Below are positions 1 through 10,588 of a stretch of DNA of 64,000 nt, in pieces. The notes below the pieces were generated by a model that worked only from the letters and a program-made list of their open reading frames with translations, searched no databases and had not been told where the DNA came from. The position numbers and the translations under genes were made by a program. The stretch is from Promethearchaeota archaeon (GTDB lineage: Archaea > Asgardarchaeota > Lokiarchaeia > Sigyniarchaeales > SOKP01): contig JAHPZJ010000006.1 of the NCBI GenBank assembly GCA_019058245.1, forward strand, positions 96,457-160,456, in the 5' to 3' direction. Each line of letters opens with the position of its first letter. Position 1 is the first letter of the stretch.

Positions 1-1784
1 TGTATTCGACACCATATTGGTCAAATCTTTCATATCAGGATTTATGCACAGAACTTCATTTCAAGAAAGAACTTGATCAATACGATGATCCTGACCATGT
101 TCCTGAGAAAGCTATATGGGAAAGTCTTGAAGATAGGATCTCTGGTTTTCTTAGTGAGCAAGAGGCTCCTGATGACATAATAGAATCATGCTTAAAGAAA
201 ATAGTACCCTATATTGAAAAAGTATTACAGGAGATTGATTTAGCTAATAGTGCTAAAGATTTATTTGAAGGAAGAACGGTAACGCCTAGAGTATTATTAA
301 TTAATGACATAATAAATTGCCCAGATTCTGACGCTCTCAAGATGGTAACGCTTTTACCAGCCCCCATGAAAGCATTAGCTTTATTGTTGGCTGATCATCC
401 TGATGACCATCCAGGAGGGAGATTATATGAAATAAATGGTAATTGGCTTTCACATCAATTCCTTTCTATTGGTTTAACTAGATCAGGTGATATAAAAGAT
501 ATAGGTTCTATTTTACCAATTATTGCTAGGACTAATAGATGGGAAATTAATGATTTTAATAATCTCGGTATTGAGATTACTCAAAGCGAATTGAATTCTC
601 TTAAAAAACATGTTAGAGCTACCATATATCAGCATTTATATGATAGAAATACAATAAACCATCAAAATCTCATGTTTGGTTCTTTGACAGAGGTTATATA
701 TAAAACTATAGAATCCGTTCATGTTGCTATAGCTGTCCATGAGGACAATAACTTTATAGGTATTAAAGAGGCTTCTCAAAAAGTTGGAAAAAGACAGTAT
801 ACTGATTATTTAACTCAAGATACATTGTTAGGTTCAAAAACTATTATAGAATTCAGTGACATAATTAAATCATATCTATTGCATAATTTTTATACCGATG
901 GTGATCTATGGACAAGGTTCACAGAAGAAAACTATTATTATATAGACGCGTTAAATGCTCTTGATGAATTGAGCTCTGTTCAGGATATTGTGCGACCTGT
1001 AAGATTGATGCTAAGACAAGCAATAGGTATTGATACGCGAGGTTATTCATTGTTATTCACTAATCCATTGTATAAAGCATGGGACATAATAATGCTATTA
1101 GGAGATTTATTTGGTACTGATGCTCTTTCTTTTGAATCATTAGAAGATCAATTGTTTGATGGAGATGCCAATACTAGACTTTTTCAGCCTAATCATATGG
1201 ATAAGACTAAGAAAGATTCATTGGCGCTTTATGACCAAGTATTGACAAACGACGATTATCATAACACTTACCATACCATGCTAGAAGCTGACCAAAGAGT
1301 ATTAAAAGAAGGATTACGAAAGCTGATCTACTTAGGATGCAAAGGAAGTGGATCTGGACCAAATGGAGAAATCACAGAAGTAGATATTAGAAAAGTTTTT
1401 AGGGGTAAGACATTTTCTGTACTTTCAAGATTAACTGGGGTTCAAGAGACAGATATACCAATTCTAAGACAAGGCAATACTCTTGGTCTTTGGGATGACC
1501 ATTTTGGTAGTCAATCACTTACAGATAAATTAAATATCTTTAATGAAAAATTCCAGGACTTTCGTAGTGAGTATTCAAGGAGTGGAGATCTTAAGCTTGC
1601 ATATATGACTTTATATGATAAGTACCCGATTGCTAAAGTGGCTTTCATGAATAAAGCCGAACTATTTAATAATAAGCTAGGTGCAGCAGCATTACTAGGT
1701 AGAAATATTAGAGGCATCTATCCATTAAATAATTTCATGAGACTATATGAAGCACTCCTCTCAGATATTGTTTTCGCCCCTTAA
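1..1784 (+). CDS. C-terminal part of a large hypothetical protein, truncated by the window edge
   Basis: The frame of ORF 342..1784 is open back to position 3 (YSTPYWSNLSYQDL...), so the real start lies outside the window. No recognisable motif. Confidence 0.75.
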   Translation, partial: YSTPYWSNLSYQDLCTELHFKKELDQYDDPDHVPEKAIWESLEDRISGFLSEQEAPDDIIESCLKKIVPYIEKVLQEIDLANSAKDLFEGRTVTPRVLLINDIINCPDSDALKMVTLLPAPMKALALLLADHPDDHPGGRLYEINGNWLSHQFLSIGLTRSGDIKDIGSILPIIARTNRWEINDFNNLGIEITQSELNSLKKHVRATIYQHLYDRNTINHQNLMFGSLTEVIYKTIESVHVAIAVHEDNNFIGIKEASQKVGKRQYTDYLTQDTLLGSKTIIEFSDIIKSYLLHNFYTDGDLWTRFTEENYYYIDALNALDELSSVQDIVRPVRLMLRQAIGIDTRGYSLLFTNPLYKAWDIIMLLGDLFGTDALSFESLEDQLFDGDANTRLFQPNHMDKTKKDSLALYDQVLTNDDYHNTYHTMLEADQRVLKEGLRKLIYLGCKGSGSGPNGEITEVDIRKVFRGKTFSVLSRLTGVQETDIPILRQGNTLGLWDDHFGSQSLTDKLNIFNEKFQDFRSEYSRSGDLKLAYMTLYDKYPIAKVAFMNKAELFNNKLGAAALLGRNIRGIYPLNNFMRLYEALLSDIVFAP

Positions 1785-1819
1785 TTTTATTTAAACATTA
1801 AATTATCCATTATTTTATT

Positions 1820-2176
1820 ATGAAAAGAAAAGAGAAAAGATTAATAGCACTTAAAGACCCTAAATTACGCAAAATAAGAACGGAATTAAGGAATTTATTA
1901 CGACAAGCCTATGAGGATCATTATAATCGGTTCTTTGAGAAAAGAAAGACGATTCGCAATGATAAGACCATAAGTGAGGAGGAGAAAAAAATAAGACTTC
2001 AACAACTTTACCAAGAGAGTGAGAAATTGAAATTTGCTTATACTCACTCTGTGATAGGTTGCCGTCTATGTGGTAGAAGAGATCTTGACCTAATATATAA
2101 TCCTATTTTAAATAAGTGGTATTGTGAGAGTTGTTATGAATTTAATCGGAAAGGGCACGAAGAGTTATATCCTTAA
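1820..2176 (+). CDS. Small basic protein with C-terminal zinc finger
   Basis: CRLC...WYCESC CxxC pairs after a helical K/R/E-rich N-terminus. Confidence 0.7.
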   Translation: MKRKEKRLIALKDPKLRKIRTELRNLLRQAYEDHYNRFFEKRKTIRNDKTISEEEKKIRLQQLYQESEKLKFAYTHSVIGCRLCGRRDLDLIYNPILNKWYCESCYEFNRKGHEELYP

Positions 2177-2189
2177 TTTGTAAGAGAAG

Positions 2190-2453
2190 TTATGTAATTT
2201 GGCTGGCATCAGGTTTTATGAATAAGAGGTTATTCCCACGTATAAATATCTCATTGTATTTAGCCACAGGCGTACCCTCAAGCAATTCAGTAGCCGATTC
2301 AAGAATCATGTTCATGTAAGCGTCGATCTCCTTTAATAATCCCCTATATTCAGTTCCGTCTTTTAATCTAAGTAAGATTATTGAGTTTTGGGCAGCCTGA
2401 AGGATGGATAGAGGATTTTTTGATTTTTGTTGTTGATCGTTTCGGTTTGACAT
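2190..2453 (-). CDS. Sm/LSm-like RNA-binding protein (SmAP)
   Basis: Sm1 motif LKDGTEYRGLLKEIDAYMNMIL and Sm2 motif IFIRGNNLLFI. Confidence 0.95.
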   Translation of the reverse strand: MSNRNDQQQKSKNPLSILQAAQNSIILLRLKDGTEYRGLLKEIDAYMNMILESATELLEGTPVAKYNEIFIRGNNLLFIKPDASQIT

Positions 2454-2564
2454 TTTTAATTCTTAAATTACTAAAATAATTATAATATTTATAGAAAAGA
2501 TAATTTAAAGATAGCATTTTTTGAATTAAAACCTTACGACATTATAAATACAAGATAAAATGCT

Positions 2565-3188
2565 TTGGTTATCATATTGGAAAAATCCCTTAAAAATCAT
2601 GATAAAAAGAAAAGGATTATAGATAAATACAATTCAACGTCATTTTTTTATGATAAAAGATACAGAGCAATACAAACAGAAAAATTTGAAATTGTCTTCA
2701 GTAATTACAAAATAAATGATAAACGTATTTTAGATATGGGGTGCGGTACCGGGTTACTTTTTGAACATATTTTAAAGTTGATATCAGATAAGGGAACAAT
2801 AAGATATAATTATGTGGCATTAGATATTTCTTGGAATATGTTATTGGAATTTAAAGCAAAAGTTAATATGAGGAAGGGGAAAAAGAAACCATTGAACTTA
2901 ATTCTTTCCGATATAGAATTTTTACCTTTTAGGAGAAATATCTTTGATTCAATTTTTTCACTTACAGCATTCCAAAATTTACCGAATTTTAAAAACGGAA
3001 TTGAAGAATTATATATGGTAAGTAGATATAATGCTGATTTCAAATTTTCAATACTAAAGAAAAATATAGAGATAAAAAAATTAATAGGTATATTAAAATC
3101 TAAAATTGAAGATTTGAAGCTTATAGATAGAGACAAATTGGAAGATATAGTGATTCAGGGAAAAATCTTAAAAGATAAACAATTTTGA
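2565..3188 (+). CDS. Class I SAM-dependent methyltransferase
   Basis: ILDMGCGTG motif I; ALDISWNML; DIEFLPF...FDSIF. Confidence 0.9.
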   Translation: MVIILEKSLKNHDKKKRIIDKYNSTSFFYDKRYRAIQTEKFEIVFSNYKINDKRILDMGCGTGLLFEHILKLISDKGTIRYNYVALDISWNMLLEFKAKVNMRKGKKKPLNLILSDIEFLPFRRNIFDSIFSLTAFQNLPNFKNGIEELYMVSRYNADFKFSILKKNIEIKKLIGILKSKIEDLKLIDRDKLEDIVIQGKILKDKQF

Positions 3189-3190
3189 TT

Positions 3191-4069
3191 TCAACTTTTA
3201 TAAAATGAATTAAGAATCTCATCTACATTACTTTCAATTTTATACTTCTTTCTAAAATAAGAGCAGATATTTTGAATATCTCTTTCTAATAAAGAAGCAG
3301 CATTAGGGTGATCTACTGGAACCCACTGCAACCAATCAATTAGTAATATATTACCCTTTTCATCTATAACAATGTTAAATTCACCCAAATCACCATGTAT
3401 CATTTCAGCTTTTTTATAGATTATTTTTAATTGTTTGATAATTTTATTAAAAATCTTAATAGGATTTTTAATACTTTTATAGTAAACTAATTCTTTTCCT
3501 CTCAAATATGACATAATAATTATATGTCTATTATAAGCAATTGGTTTTGGTGTATTTAGCTTAAGTGTAGAGATTTTTTTAAGAGCTTCATATTCTTTTT
3601 TTGCTGCAAGTCTGTTAATATAAAGCCATGATAAATGCCCTCGTTCTCCTATAAGATCTCTTAATTGTTTAATATTTTTAAAACTGGTCCTTCCCATTCG
3701 GTAAATTTTAGCAGCATAAATATCTCCATCATCATTCATACAGCTATAGACATCTGACTCTTTACCTTTACCTATTAATGGCCCCAACTGACTTATAATG
3801 TTCTGTTCGACTAATGTATGCAAAGCAAGGAGATCATATGCTTTGGAGTTGAGTGTGTAAGCGATTTCATGCTTAGAAGCGTCTCTAATTATTAATCCAA
3901 GTTTATGGACTTTTTTCAGACGAAAGAGTGTTTCTTCCATCTTGTATCTTGAATAAAATTTGATATTATTTACTGTAACATACTCAGATCTTTTCATTCC
4001 AATTTCAATTGCCATTAGTATCCTGAGATCTTCCTTTTCCAATTTAGTAAGAAGGTTTGCTACTTTCAC
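3191..4069 (-). CDS. rio2: RIO2-type Ser/Thr kinase
   Basis: N-terminal wHTH (EDLRILMAIEIGM...YDLLAL), GKGKESDVY, IHGDLGEFNI, LIDWLQ. Confidence 0.93.
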   Translation of the reverse strand: MKVANLLTKLEKEDLRILMAIEIGMKRSEYVTVNNIKFYSRYKMEETLFRLKKVHKLGLIIRDASKHEIAYTLNSKAYDLLALHTLVEQNIISQLGPLIGKGKESDVYSCMNDDGDIYAAKIYRMGRTSFKNIKQLRDLIGERGHLSWLYINRLAAKKEYEALKKISTLKLNTPKPIAYNRHIIIMSYLRGKELVYYKSIKNPIKIFNKIIKQLKIIYKKAEMIHGDLGEFNIVIDEKGNILLIDWLQWVPVDHPNAASLLERDIQNICSYFRKKYKIESNVDEILNSFYKS

Positions 4070-4080
4070 ACCTTTTTCAG

Positions 4081-4863
4081 CTAAAAAATGAATTTTCGAT
4101 AAGTCTTGAAAAAAGTTATTAATTTATATATATTTGGGATTTCATAAATCAGTATGGTTATTAAGATTATCAGTAAAAAGATGAAAATATCCTGTTGTAA
4201 TATATAGTAAATGGTTAGAGTTGAACCTTCTTGAAATAGAAATAAAAAAATCCCTTGATTTAAGTATATTAATAACCCAATTGAGATGATGAGCCCGTTT
4301 AAAGAAAAAATTATAACTTGATTTTCATATTCAATAATTCCAATTATTAAATTTAAAGAAAAAAAGAATAATATGATCAAATTAATTAACCATGAAGTAT
4401 CAATCCAAAAATCATAGACAGAACTTTGTACTTCATAAGTTCCATTAGATATATTCCAAGTTAACGCCGAGCTTAAAAATATGAACAATAGTATTGGTAA
4501 AAATATAGAAATTATGATTGAAATACTATAAATTCTAATAGTCGTGAACCTGCTGAATCTCAATATGCTTTCATCTCCCGCTTTGACAGATTCTAGCAAT
4601 AAATTAACCTTATTTTGAATATCAAGAGGAAAATTACTCTTAGTCATAATAAGTTGGAGGTTTAAAGTAGAAAAATTAGAGATCAATTCTTTAATCTGTT
4701 TATATCCCCTTCTAATTTTTTCTTTATTGCTTTTTGGACCACTCCAAAAATAGATAATTTCGTTTTCTTCATCTAAAATTGTACAAATATCATGAGCTAG
4801 TAAAGTATTTTCTTCTTCTAACCACTGAGATTTATCCTCATTAAATATAAAGGTTCTAATCAT
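4081..4863 (-). CDS. Membrane protein with N-terminal gelsolin-like domain and about four TM helices
   Basis: LLAHDICTILDEENEIIYFWSGPKSNKEK resembles the gelsolin repeat core (D-x-f-ILD-x4-5-IY-x-W-x-G-x-x-S). The C-terminal half has about four hydrophobic segments. Confidence 0.6.
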   Translation of the reverse strand: MIRTFIFNEDKSQWLEEENTLLAHDICTILDEENEIIYFWSGPKSNKEKIRRGYKQIKELISNFSTLNLQLIMTKSNFPLDIQNKVNLLLESVKAGDESILRFSRFTTIRIYSISIIISIFLPILLFIFLSSALTWNISNGTYEVQSSVYDFWIDTSWLINLIILFFFSLNLIIGIIEYENQVIIFSLNGLIISIGLLIYLNQGIFLFLFQEGSTLTIYYILQQDIFIFLLIILITILIYEIPNIYKLITFFKTYRKFIF

Positions 4864-4965
4864 TAAACCACTAGTTAATTTAAAAGGAATTAACTTTTAA
4901 TTTTTTCTAAAAACAATTAGAAAATACTTAATAATTGAAAAAAAAAAAGAAAATGAGATATATAT

Positions 4966-5856
4966 TTAGTTTTGGCATTCTATTCTTCTTTTTATATCTT
5001 TCCACATGTTATCTATATAAACTTTATATACTTTAATTTGTTGTTGAGTCATCTCACTAAATCTTTTTTGAGCTTTGAGATATTCTTCTATAGGTTTACG
5101 CTTTAAAGGATCTAAATATCTGCTGCTTGGTTTTGATAGTTTAAATATACCATTTTCAATTTCATATAAGATCCAAAAACCTGTTTGTACTGCTAACCGT
5201 CCAATTGATATTGTATCTTTAGGATCATAACCCCATCCAGGTGGACAAGGAGATAATATATGAAAATACTTTGAGCCATGAATAGTTCGTGCTTTTTTAA
5301 ATTTTTCAAATAAATCTAAAGGATAAGATGCAATGCCAGTTGCAATATATGGGATTCCATGAGCTTCTAATATTTTTGGCATATCTTTTTTATGACTTAA
5401 TTTGCCTTCAGGTGTAGTGGTCGTTTTAACTCCATATGGAGTTGATCCACTCCGCTGAACACCCGTATTCATATAGGCTTCATTATCATAACAAGCATAT
5501 ATAAAGTTTGTCCCTCTTTCAACAGCTCCACTCAGAGCTTGTATTCCTATATCGGTTGTACCTCCATCTCCAGCAAAAGCGAGAACTGTAATTTCATTTT
5601 CTAAGCCTTTATCTTCTAAGGAAGCTACTATTCCTGATGCTGAAGCCCCTGTGGTTGCAAAAGGTGTATGATACACACTAACTTTCGTGGAACAGAATCC
5701 CTGCATACCATGTAAAACTGTTAAACAAGATGCTGGTACAGTTACAAGTGTTTTTGCACCTAATGCTTTTAATGCAATTCTATATATTAATGCCATACCA
5801 CATCCTGCACATGCACGAGTACCAGGATAAATAAATTCCTCTTCAGGAAGATCCAT
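4966..5856 (-). CDS. porB: Pyruvate/2-oxoacid:ferredoxin oxidoreductase beta subunit
   Basis: ACAGCG, TPP-binding GDGG...DNEAYMNTGVQRS, LSPCPPGW. Confidence 0.93.
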   Translation of the reverse strand: MDLPEEEFIYPGTRACAGCGMALIYRIALKALGAKTLVTVPASCLTVLHGMQGFCSTKVSVYHTPFATTGASASGIVASLEDKGLENEITVLAFAGDGGTTDIGIQALSGAVERGTNFIYACYDNEAYMNTGVQRSGSTPYGVKTTTTPEGKLSHKKDMPKILEAHGIPYIATGIASYPLDLFEKFKKARTIHGSKYFHILSPCPPGWGYDPKDTISIGRLAVQTGFWILYEIENGIFKLSKPSSRYLDPLKRKPIEEYLKAQKRFSEMTQQQIKVYKVYIDNMWKDIKRRIECQN

Positions 5857-5874
5857 AACATTTACTATTATTTT

Positions 5875-7167
5875 TCACCTACTATCAAAATAATTAGATT
5901 CATCATAATCATTCAGTTCATCTAGGCTTAAACCCAAAAAATCTGTTTTATTTGTAAATATGCCTTGCTTGAATTGATTTAAAGCTTTATGAACTCCAGA
6001 AATAATATGTTCTGTTTTTACATCTCTACCCCCTAAACCGACAATAAACCCCTTAATATTTGGTTTCTTTTTTAAACTATAAAGTGCCGCTTTTAATTCA
6101 TAAGATAAAACACCTTCATATCCATATCCAATATCTCTATCAAACACAATAATATTTTCTTTATCCTTAAAGAAATCCCTTAAATCTTCATATGGATATG
6201 GTCTAAATAATTTAAGACTTACTATTCCAATTTTTAGTCCTTCTGCTCTTAGTTTTTTAATTGCAACTCTAGCTTGAGAAGCAACTGAACCCATAGCATA
6301 GATGATTGTATCAGCATCCTCCGTTTGAATAATTTTATATATTCCATTTCCATATGATCTCCCAAATTTTTTAGTAAACTCATCATGGACTTCTTTAATG
6401 ATATCAATTGAATTTTCCAAGGACCTTTGAAGGGCATATCTAAATTCATAATAACCTGGGGCTGTTCCTTCTATTCGTTTAATAATATTAGGAGTAGTAA
6501 CTGGATCTATACCTTTTATTGTTGAAATATTAGATAAATTAATATGATGATTTATAGGGGGTAAAAATTCATCAACTTCTTCTTGATTTTCAAGTTTAAC
6601 TGGCATCATTGTATGACTAAGTATATATCCATCATAAGCAACAATAGAAGGAAGAAAAACGCGAGAATTTTCAGCAATTTTGAATGCTTGAAGATTAGTA
6701 TCATAGATTTCTTGGTTATTTTCACACATATACTGAATCCAACCAACATCTCTTATTGTAATAAAATCAGAGTGATCTGTCCAAACGGACCAAGGTGCAC
6801 CTAAGGATCTTGTCGCTAAATTAATTATAATAGGCAATCTATTCCCAGCAGCCCATGGTAACATTTCATACATTAATTCCAAACCGTGAGCAGAAGTTGC
6901 TGTGCCAACTCGTGAACCTGTTGCAGAAGCTGCACAGCATACTGCTAAGGCTGAATGTTCAGATTCTACTTTAACAAACCTAGCATTTAACTTCCCATTT
7001 GCTATAAATTCAGCAATTTTTTCAACTACGGGACTCTGAGGTGTAATTGGATAAGCAGAGACAACACCAACTCTAGCCTGTCTAAAAGCATGTGCAGCTG
7101 CATGATTTCCTGTTATTATTTTTATGTCATTATCTATATTAGTCTTTTGGTTTTCAATTAGACTCAT
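5875..7167 (-). CDS. porA: Pyruvate/2-oxoacid:ferredoxin oxidoreductase alpha subunit
   Basis: GNHAAA, AYPITPQ, VESEHSA, GLGGRD. The likely start is the ATG at 7167, overlapping the porD stop (TAATG), rather than 7230. Confidence 0.93.
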   Translation of the reverse strand: MSLIENQKTNIDNDIKIITGNHAAAHAFRQARVGVVSAYPITPQSPVVEKIAEFIANGKLNARFVKVESEHSALAVCCAASATGSRVGTATSAHGLELMYEMLPWAAGNRLPIIINLATRSLGAPWSVWTDHSDFITIRDVGWIQYMCENNQEIYDTNLQAFKIAENSRVFLPSIVAYDGYILSHTMMPVKLENQEEVDEFLPPINHHINLSNISTIKGIDPVTTPNIIKRIEGTAPGYYEFRYALQRSLENSIDIIKEVHDEFTKKFGRSYGNGIYKIIQTEDADTIIYAMGSVASQARVAIKKLRAEGLKIGIVSLKLFRPYPYEDLRDFFKDKENIIVFDRDIGYGYEGVLSYELKAALYSLKKKPNIKGFIVGLGGRDVKTEHIISGVHKALNQFKQGIFTNKTDFLGLSLDELNDYDESNYFDSR

Positions 7168-7463
7168 TAATATTTCACCTCCTCCATAGTAATCGCGTTT
7201 ACGGGACATTCTTCCATACATATACCACATCCTTTACAATGAATTAAATCTATTTGAGGAGGGATAGTTCTCGTTACAACCGCTTCAGGGCAATAAAGCC
7301 AGCAATTAAAACAACTAGATTTTCCAGATTTTGCAGGGATGCATGTATTTAAATCAATATGTGGCTTTTTTGAGCTCCAAGTTCCAGTCTTACCTGCTTC
7401 TCCTAATACAGGTTTTTGAACAGAACCTAAAATCTTTTGGTAATCTTTTTTTGAGTTTTTCAT
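7167..7463 (-). CDS. porD: 2-oxoacid:ferredoxin oxidoreductase delta subunit (2x[4Fe-4S])
   Basis: KTGTW...P, CFNCWLYCP, CKGCGICMEECP. Confidence 0.92.
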   Translation of the reverse strand: MKNSKKDYQKILGSVQKPVLGEAGKTGTWSSKKPHIDLNTCIPAKSGKSSCFNCWLYCPEAVVTRTIPPQIDLIHCKGCGICMEECPVNAITMEEVKY

Positions 7464-7776
7464 TATTTCACTAAAAAAAGCTATATATCTATATCTGTAT
7501 GAAATACAACATACTTAAGTTTTTAATTCTTATCATTTCTAAAAATAAAAGAAAAAGTATTATTTCACTAATTCTATTAAGAATTATATTAGATATTTTA
7601 TTCAAATAAAGTCATATTAGAAAGAAAAACTTTTTTTCTGAATTGTAAAAATTAAATACTAAATTTTTCATTAGGTTTATAGAAAAAATTAAAGCTCTAG
7701 AGATTCCAATGAAATAAATTGGAATAATATGTTTTTTATCGAAACAGCTTAGAAAACTTATAAGGTATGTAAAAAA

Positions 7777-9681
7777 GTGGATTTACATCAAAAAAAATTT
7801 TCATGGATAATTGAAAACATTAAAGAAGGCTATTTTGACGTTGATTTAAGAGGAAATTACCTTAATTGCAATAAAGCACTATGCGAGTTGACAGGTTATT
7901 CAAGAGAAGAATTATTGAAACTAACATATAAACAAATCACTGATAACGAAAATCAAAAAACAGTATTTGAAGGATTTAGTTCTGTTTATAAAACAGAGAA
8001 ACCTATGACTGATTTATTATATCAATTTATAACTAAATCTAATGAGAAAATCACAGCAGAAACTTCTGTATATTTGAAATATGATTCCCAAGGTAATAAA
8101 ATTGGGTTTTATGGTTTAGTTCGAGATATTACTAAAAGAAAAAAAGAAGAAGAAAAATTTAAAAAAGAATTAGAAAAATTAGTAGATTTAAAGACAAAAG
8201 AGTTGAAAGAATCTGAAGAAAAATATAGCAATCTCTTCCATTATTCGAATGATGGAATTTTACTTCATGATATAGAAGGCAATATTATAGATGTCAATCA
8301 AAGAGCATTAGAACAATTTGGTTATACAAGATCAGAAATATTAAAATTAAAAATAATGGATCTTCATCCAATGGATGCGCTTGAAGCATCTAAAAAAGCA
8401 TTTGAAGAGATTCAAAAAAAAGGTGTTATAAATTTTGAAATTAATTTTATAAAAAAGAATGGCGAAATTTTCGTTGCTGAAGTATCATCAAGCATGTTTT
8501 ATATGGGAGGGGAAAAATTAATTAAAGGTAATGTTCGTGACATTACAATGAGAAAACTCGCAGAGCAAAAATTAAAACAATCTGAGGAAAGATATCGGAA
8601 TCTAATCGAATCAGGCCCATTTGCAATAGTACTAGTTAATAAACAAGGAAAAATAAGTTATTGTAATCCTGCAGTTGCAAAATTATCTGGATATCCACAA
8701 GAAGAATTAATTGGATATGAATTTAAAGATCTTGCAGCAATTTATCCCGAAGATGTACCTATAATGCTTAATCGATTTCAAAAAACTTTCAAAGGTGAAT
8801 TTTTACCTCCTTTAGAGATTAAACTATATAAAAAGGATGGTGATATAGCCTGGATAAGCTATCAAAGTAAATTAGTTAAAGTGGGTGATGAATCTTTATT
8901 ACAAATCGTAATTGAGGATGTAACAGAGAAAAGAAAAGCAGATGTTCTTATTAACGAAGAAATTGTAAAGTTAAAAGAATTAGACCAAATTAGGAAAGAC
9001 TTAATTTCAAGAGTCTCACATGAATTAAAAACTCCTTTAGTTTCTGTTTGTGGTGCTTCTGAATTACTTTTAGATTTATATTTAGACCAATTAAATGATG
9101 AACCAAAAGAATTAATTGAAATGATTGAAAAAGGTGGTAAGAGATTAAAGTACTTAGTAGATAATTTGGTTGATATTACTCGAATAGAATATGGAAAATT
9201 CAAATTAAAGAAAGAAAAAACGGATATCAACCAGTTAATTAAAGATTGTATTAAGGAAATGAAGTATCTCATTGAACAGCGTGAATTAAATCTAGAATAT
9301 AATCTTATGGATAATTTATTTTTAGAAATCGATAAAGTAAGAATTGAACAGGTAATATTAAATTTGCTGTCGAATGCTATAAAAAACACGCCCCCTAATG
9401 GAATAATTTCAATAAATTCTTCGAAAATAGATGATAAAGTCAAAGTAATAATAAAAGACACCGGAATTGGATTAACCAAGGAAGAAATGGACAGACTTTT
9501 TATTAGATTTGGAAAAATAGAGAGATTTGGGAGGGGCCTAGAATATATTGATATTCAAGGGACTGGCCTTGGATTGTTTATTTCAAAAGAAATAATTGAT
9601 TTGCATGAAGGTCAAATATGGGTAGAGTCAGAAGGCAGGGATAAAGGATGTACCTTTATTTTTAAATTACCAATTAATTAG
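7777..9681 (+). CDS. Cytoplasmic sensor histidine kinase with three PAS domains
   Basis: Three PAS/PAC repeats; H-box SHELKTPL; N-box NLLSNAIK; G1 DTGIG; G2 GTGLGL. No TM segment. Confidence 0.95.
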   Translation: MDLHQKKFSWIIENIKEGYFDVDLRGNYLNCNKALCELTGYSREELLKLTYKQITDNENQKTVFEGFSSVYKTEKPMTDLLYQFITKSNEKITAETSVYLKYDSQGNKIGFYGLVRDITKRKKEEEKFKKELEKLVDLKTKELKESEEKYSNLFHYSNDGILLHDIEGNIIDVNQRALEQFGYTRSEILKLKIMDLHPMDALEASKKAFEEIQKKGVINFEINFIKKNGEIFVAEVSSSMFYMGGEKLIKGNVRDITMRKLAEQKLKQSEERYRNLIESGPFAIVLVNKQGKISYCNPAVAKLSGYPQEELIGYEFKDLAAIYPEDVPIMLNRFQKTFKGEFLPPLEIKLYKKDGDIAWISYQSKLVKVGDESLLQIVIEDVTEKRKADVLINEEIVKLKELDQIRKDLISRVSHELKTPLVSVCGASELLLDLYLDQLNDEPKELIEMIEKGGKRLKYLVDNLVDITRIEYGKFKLKKEKTDINQLIKDCIKEMKYLIEQRELNLEYNLMDNLFLEIDKVRIEQVILNLLSNAIKNTPPNGIISINSSKIDDKVKVIIKDTGIGLTKEEMDRLFIRFGKIERFGRGLEYIDIQGTGLGLFISKEIIDLHEGQIWVESEGRDKGCTFIFKLPIN

Positions 9682-9739
9682 TTATAATTTAATTTTTGCA
9701 GTATAATATAAATTGAATTTTTTAAGAATTGGAAATGAA

Positions 9740-10153
9740 TTAATCTAAATAATGAAGTAAATGCTCCAATGATTCGAATTCAAAAGGTTTGTTAATACAG
9801 CCATCTGCTTTTGTTTCTTCTATTTTTTCTATCACCATAGATGTAGGAAATGATGTTAAGTAAATAAGGGGAATGTGCTTAAAACGTTTATTTGATTTTA
9901 TTTTTTCACATAGTTTAAACGCAGAAATATCCGCTACCATGAGATCTATCAATATGAGTTTTGGAATAAATTCACTTAATTTTTCTAAGCTTTTAATTCC
10001 TCTTCTTGTACAATAACTTGAGTATCCTTGCGATTTAAAAAACAATTTTAAAAGTAGTAAAGTTGGTTCATCATTATCTACTATTAATATCTTATATGGT
10101 AAATCATTAGATTCAATTTCATCATTTAGATCGAAATCCTTATTCTTAATCAT
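9740..10153 (-). CDS. Single-domain response regulator (REC)
   Basis: ILIVDND, LILID phospho-acceptor, LTS, KPF. Convergent with the histidine kinase. Confidence 0.88.
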   Translation of the reverse strand: MIKNKDFDLNDEIESNDLPYKILIVDNDEPTLLLLKLFFKSQGYSSYCTRRGIKSLEKLSEFIPKLILIDLMVADISAFKLCEKIKSNKRFKHIPLIYLTSFPTSMVIEKIEETKADGCINKPFEFESLEHLLHYLD

Positions 10154-10229
10154 TTTTATTTACCATTTCTCAACGTTAAAATTTAAAATCCCAATTCTAC
10201 TTTTTTTGCCACTCTTAAATTCGCCCTAT

Positions 10230-10251
10230 ATTAAACTCGCTTGAGTTTAAT
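10230..10251. promoter_or_regulatory. Perfect inverted repeat in a divergent intergenic region
   Basis: ATTAAACTC-gctt-GAGTTTAAT with 9-bp arms. Function is inferred only. Confidence 0.35.
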
Positions 10252-10588
10252 TCTCCCCCTAACTTTAAATTTCCTATTTTGCATCTGTTTAATTATCCTT
10301 TATTTTTAATTTCAGAAATTTAATTAATATCATAATTAAATGGGTGTCAATAAAAACATCGAATATTCATATTTAAAATATTTTATATTTTTTTTTTTCC
10401 TATTAAATTTCAATTCAGAAGCGAATTCTGATACTGAATTAAGATAAATAACTAATTCTCTTAAAGCTAAAAAACATACTTTAAAAAAATTGAAAAATAA
10501 AGAGGATTTAAATGTATTTAATTTTATAATTAATATAAGGCATAAATTTTTTTTATATTTTTTTAATAATATGAAATATAAAAATTAT

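Noticed and set aside
7168-7230. N-terminal extension of porA in the track
   Set aside because: It overlaps porD; the GGAGGTGA SD and TAATG coupling support a start at 7167.
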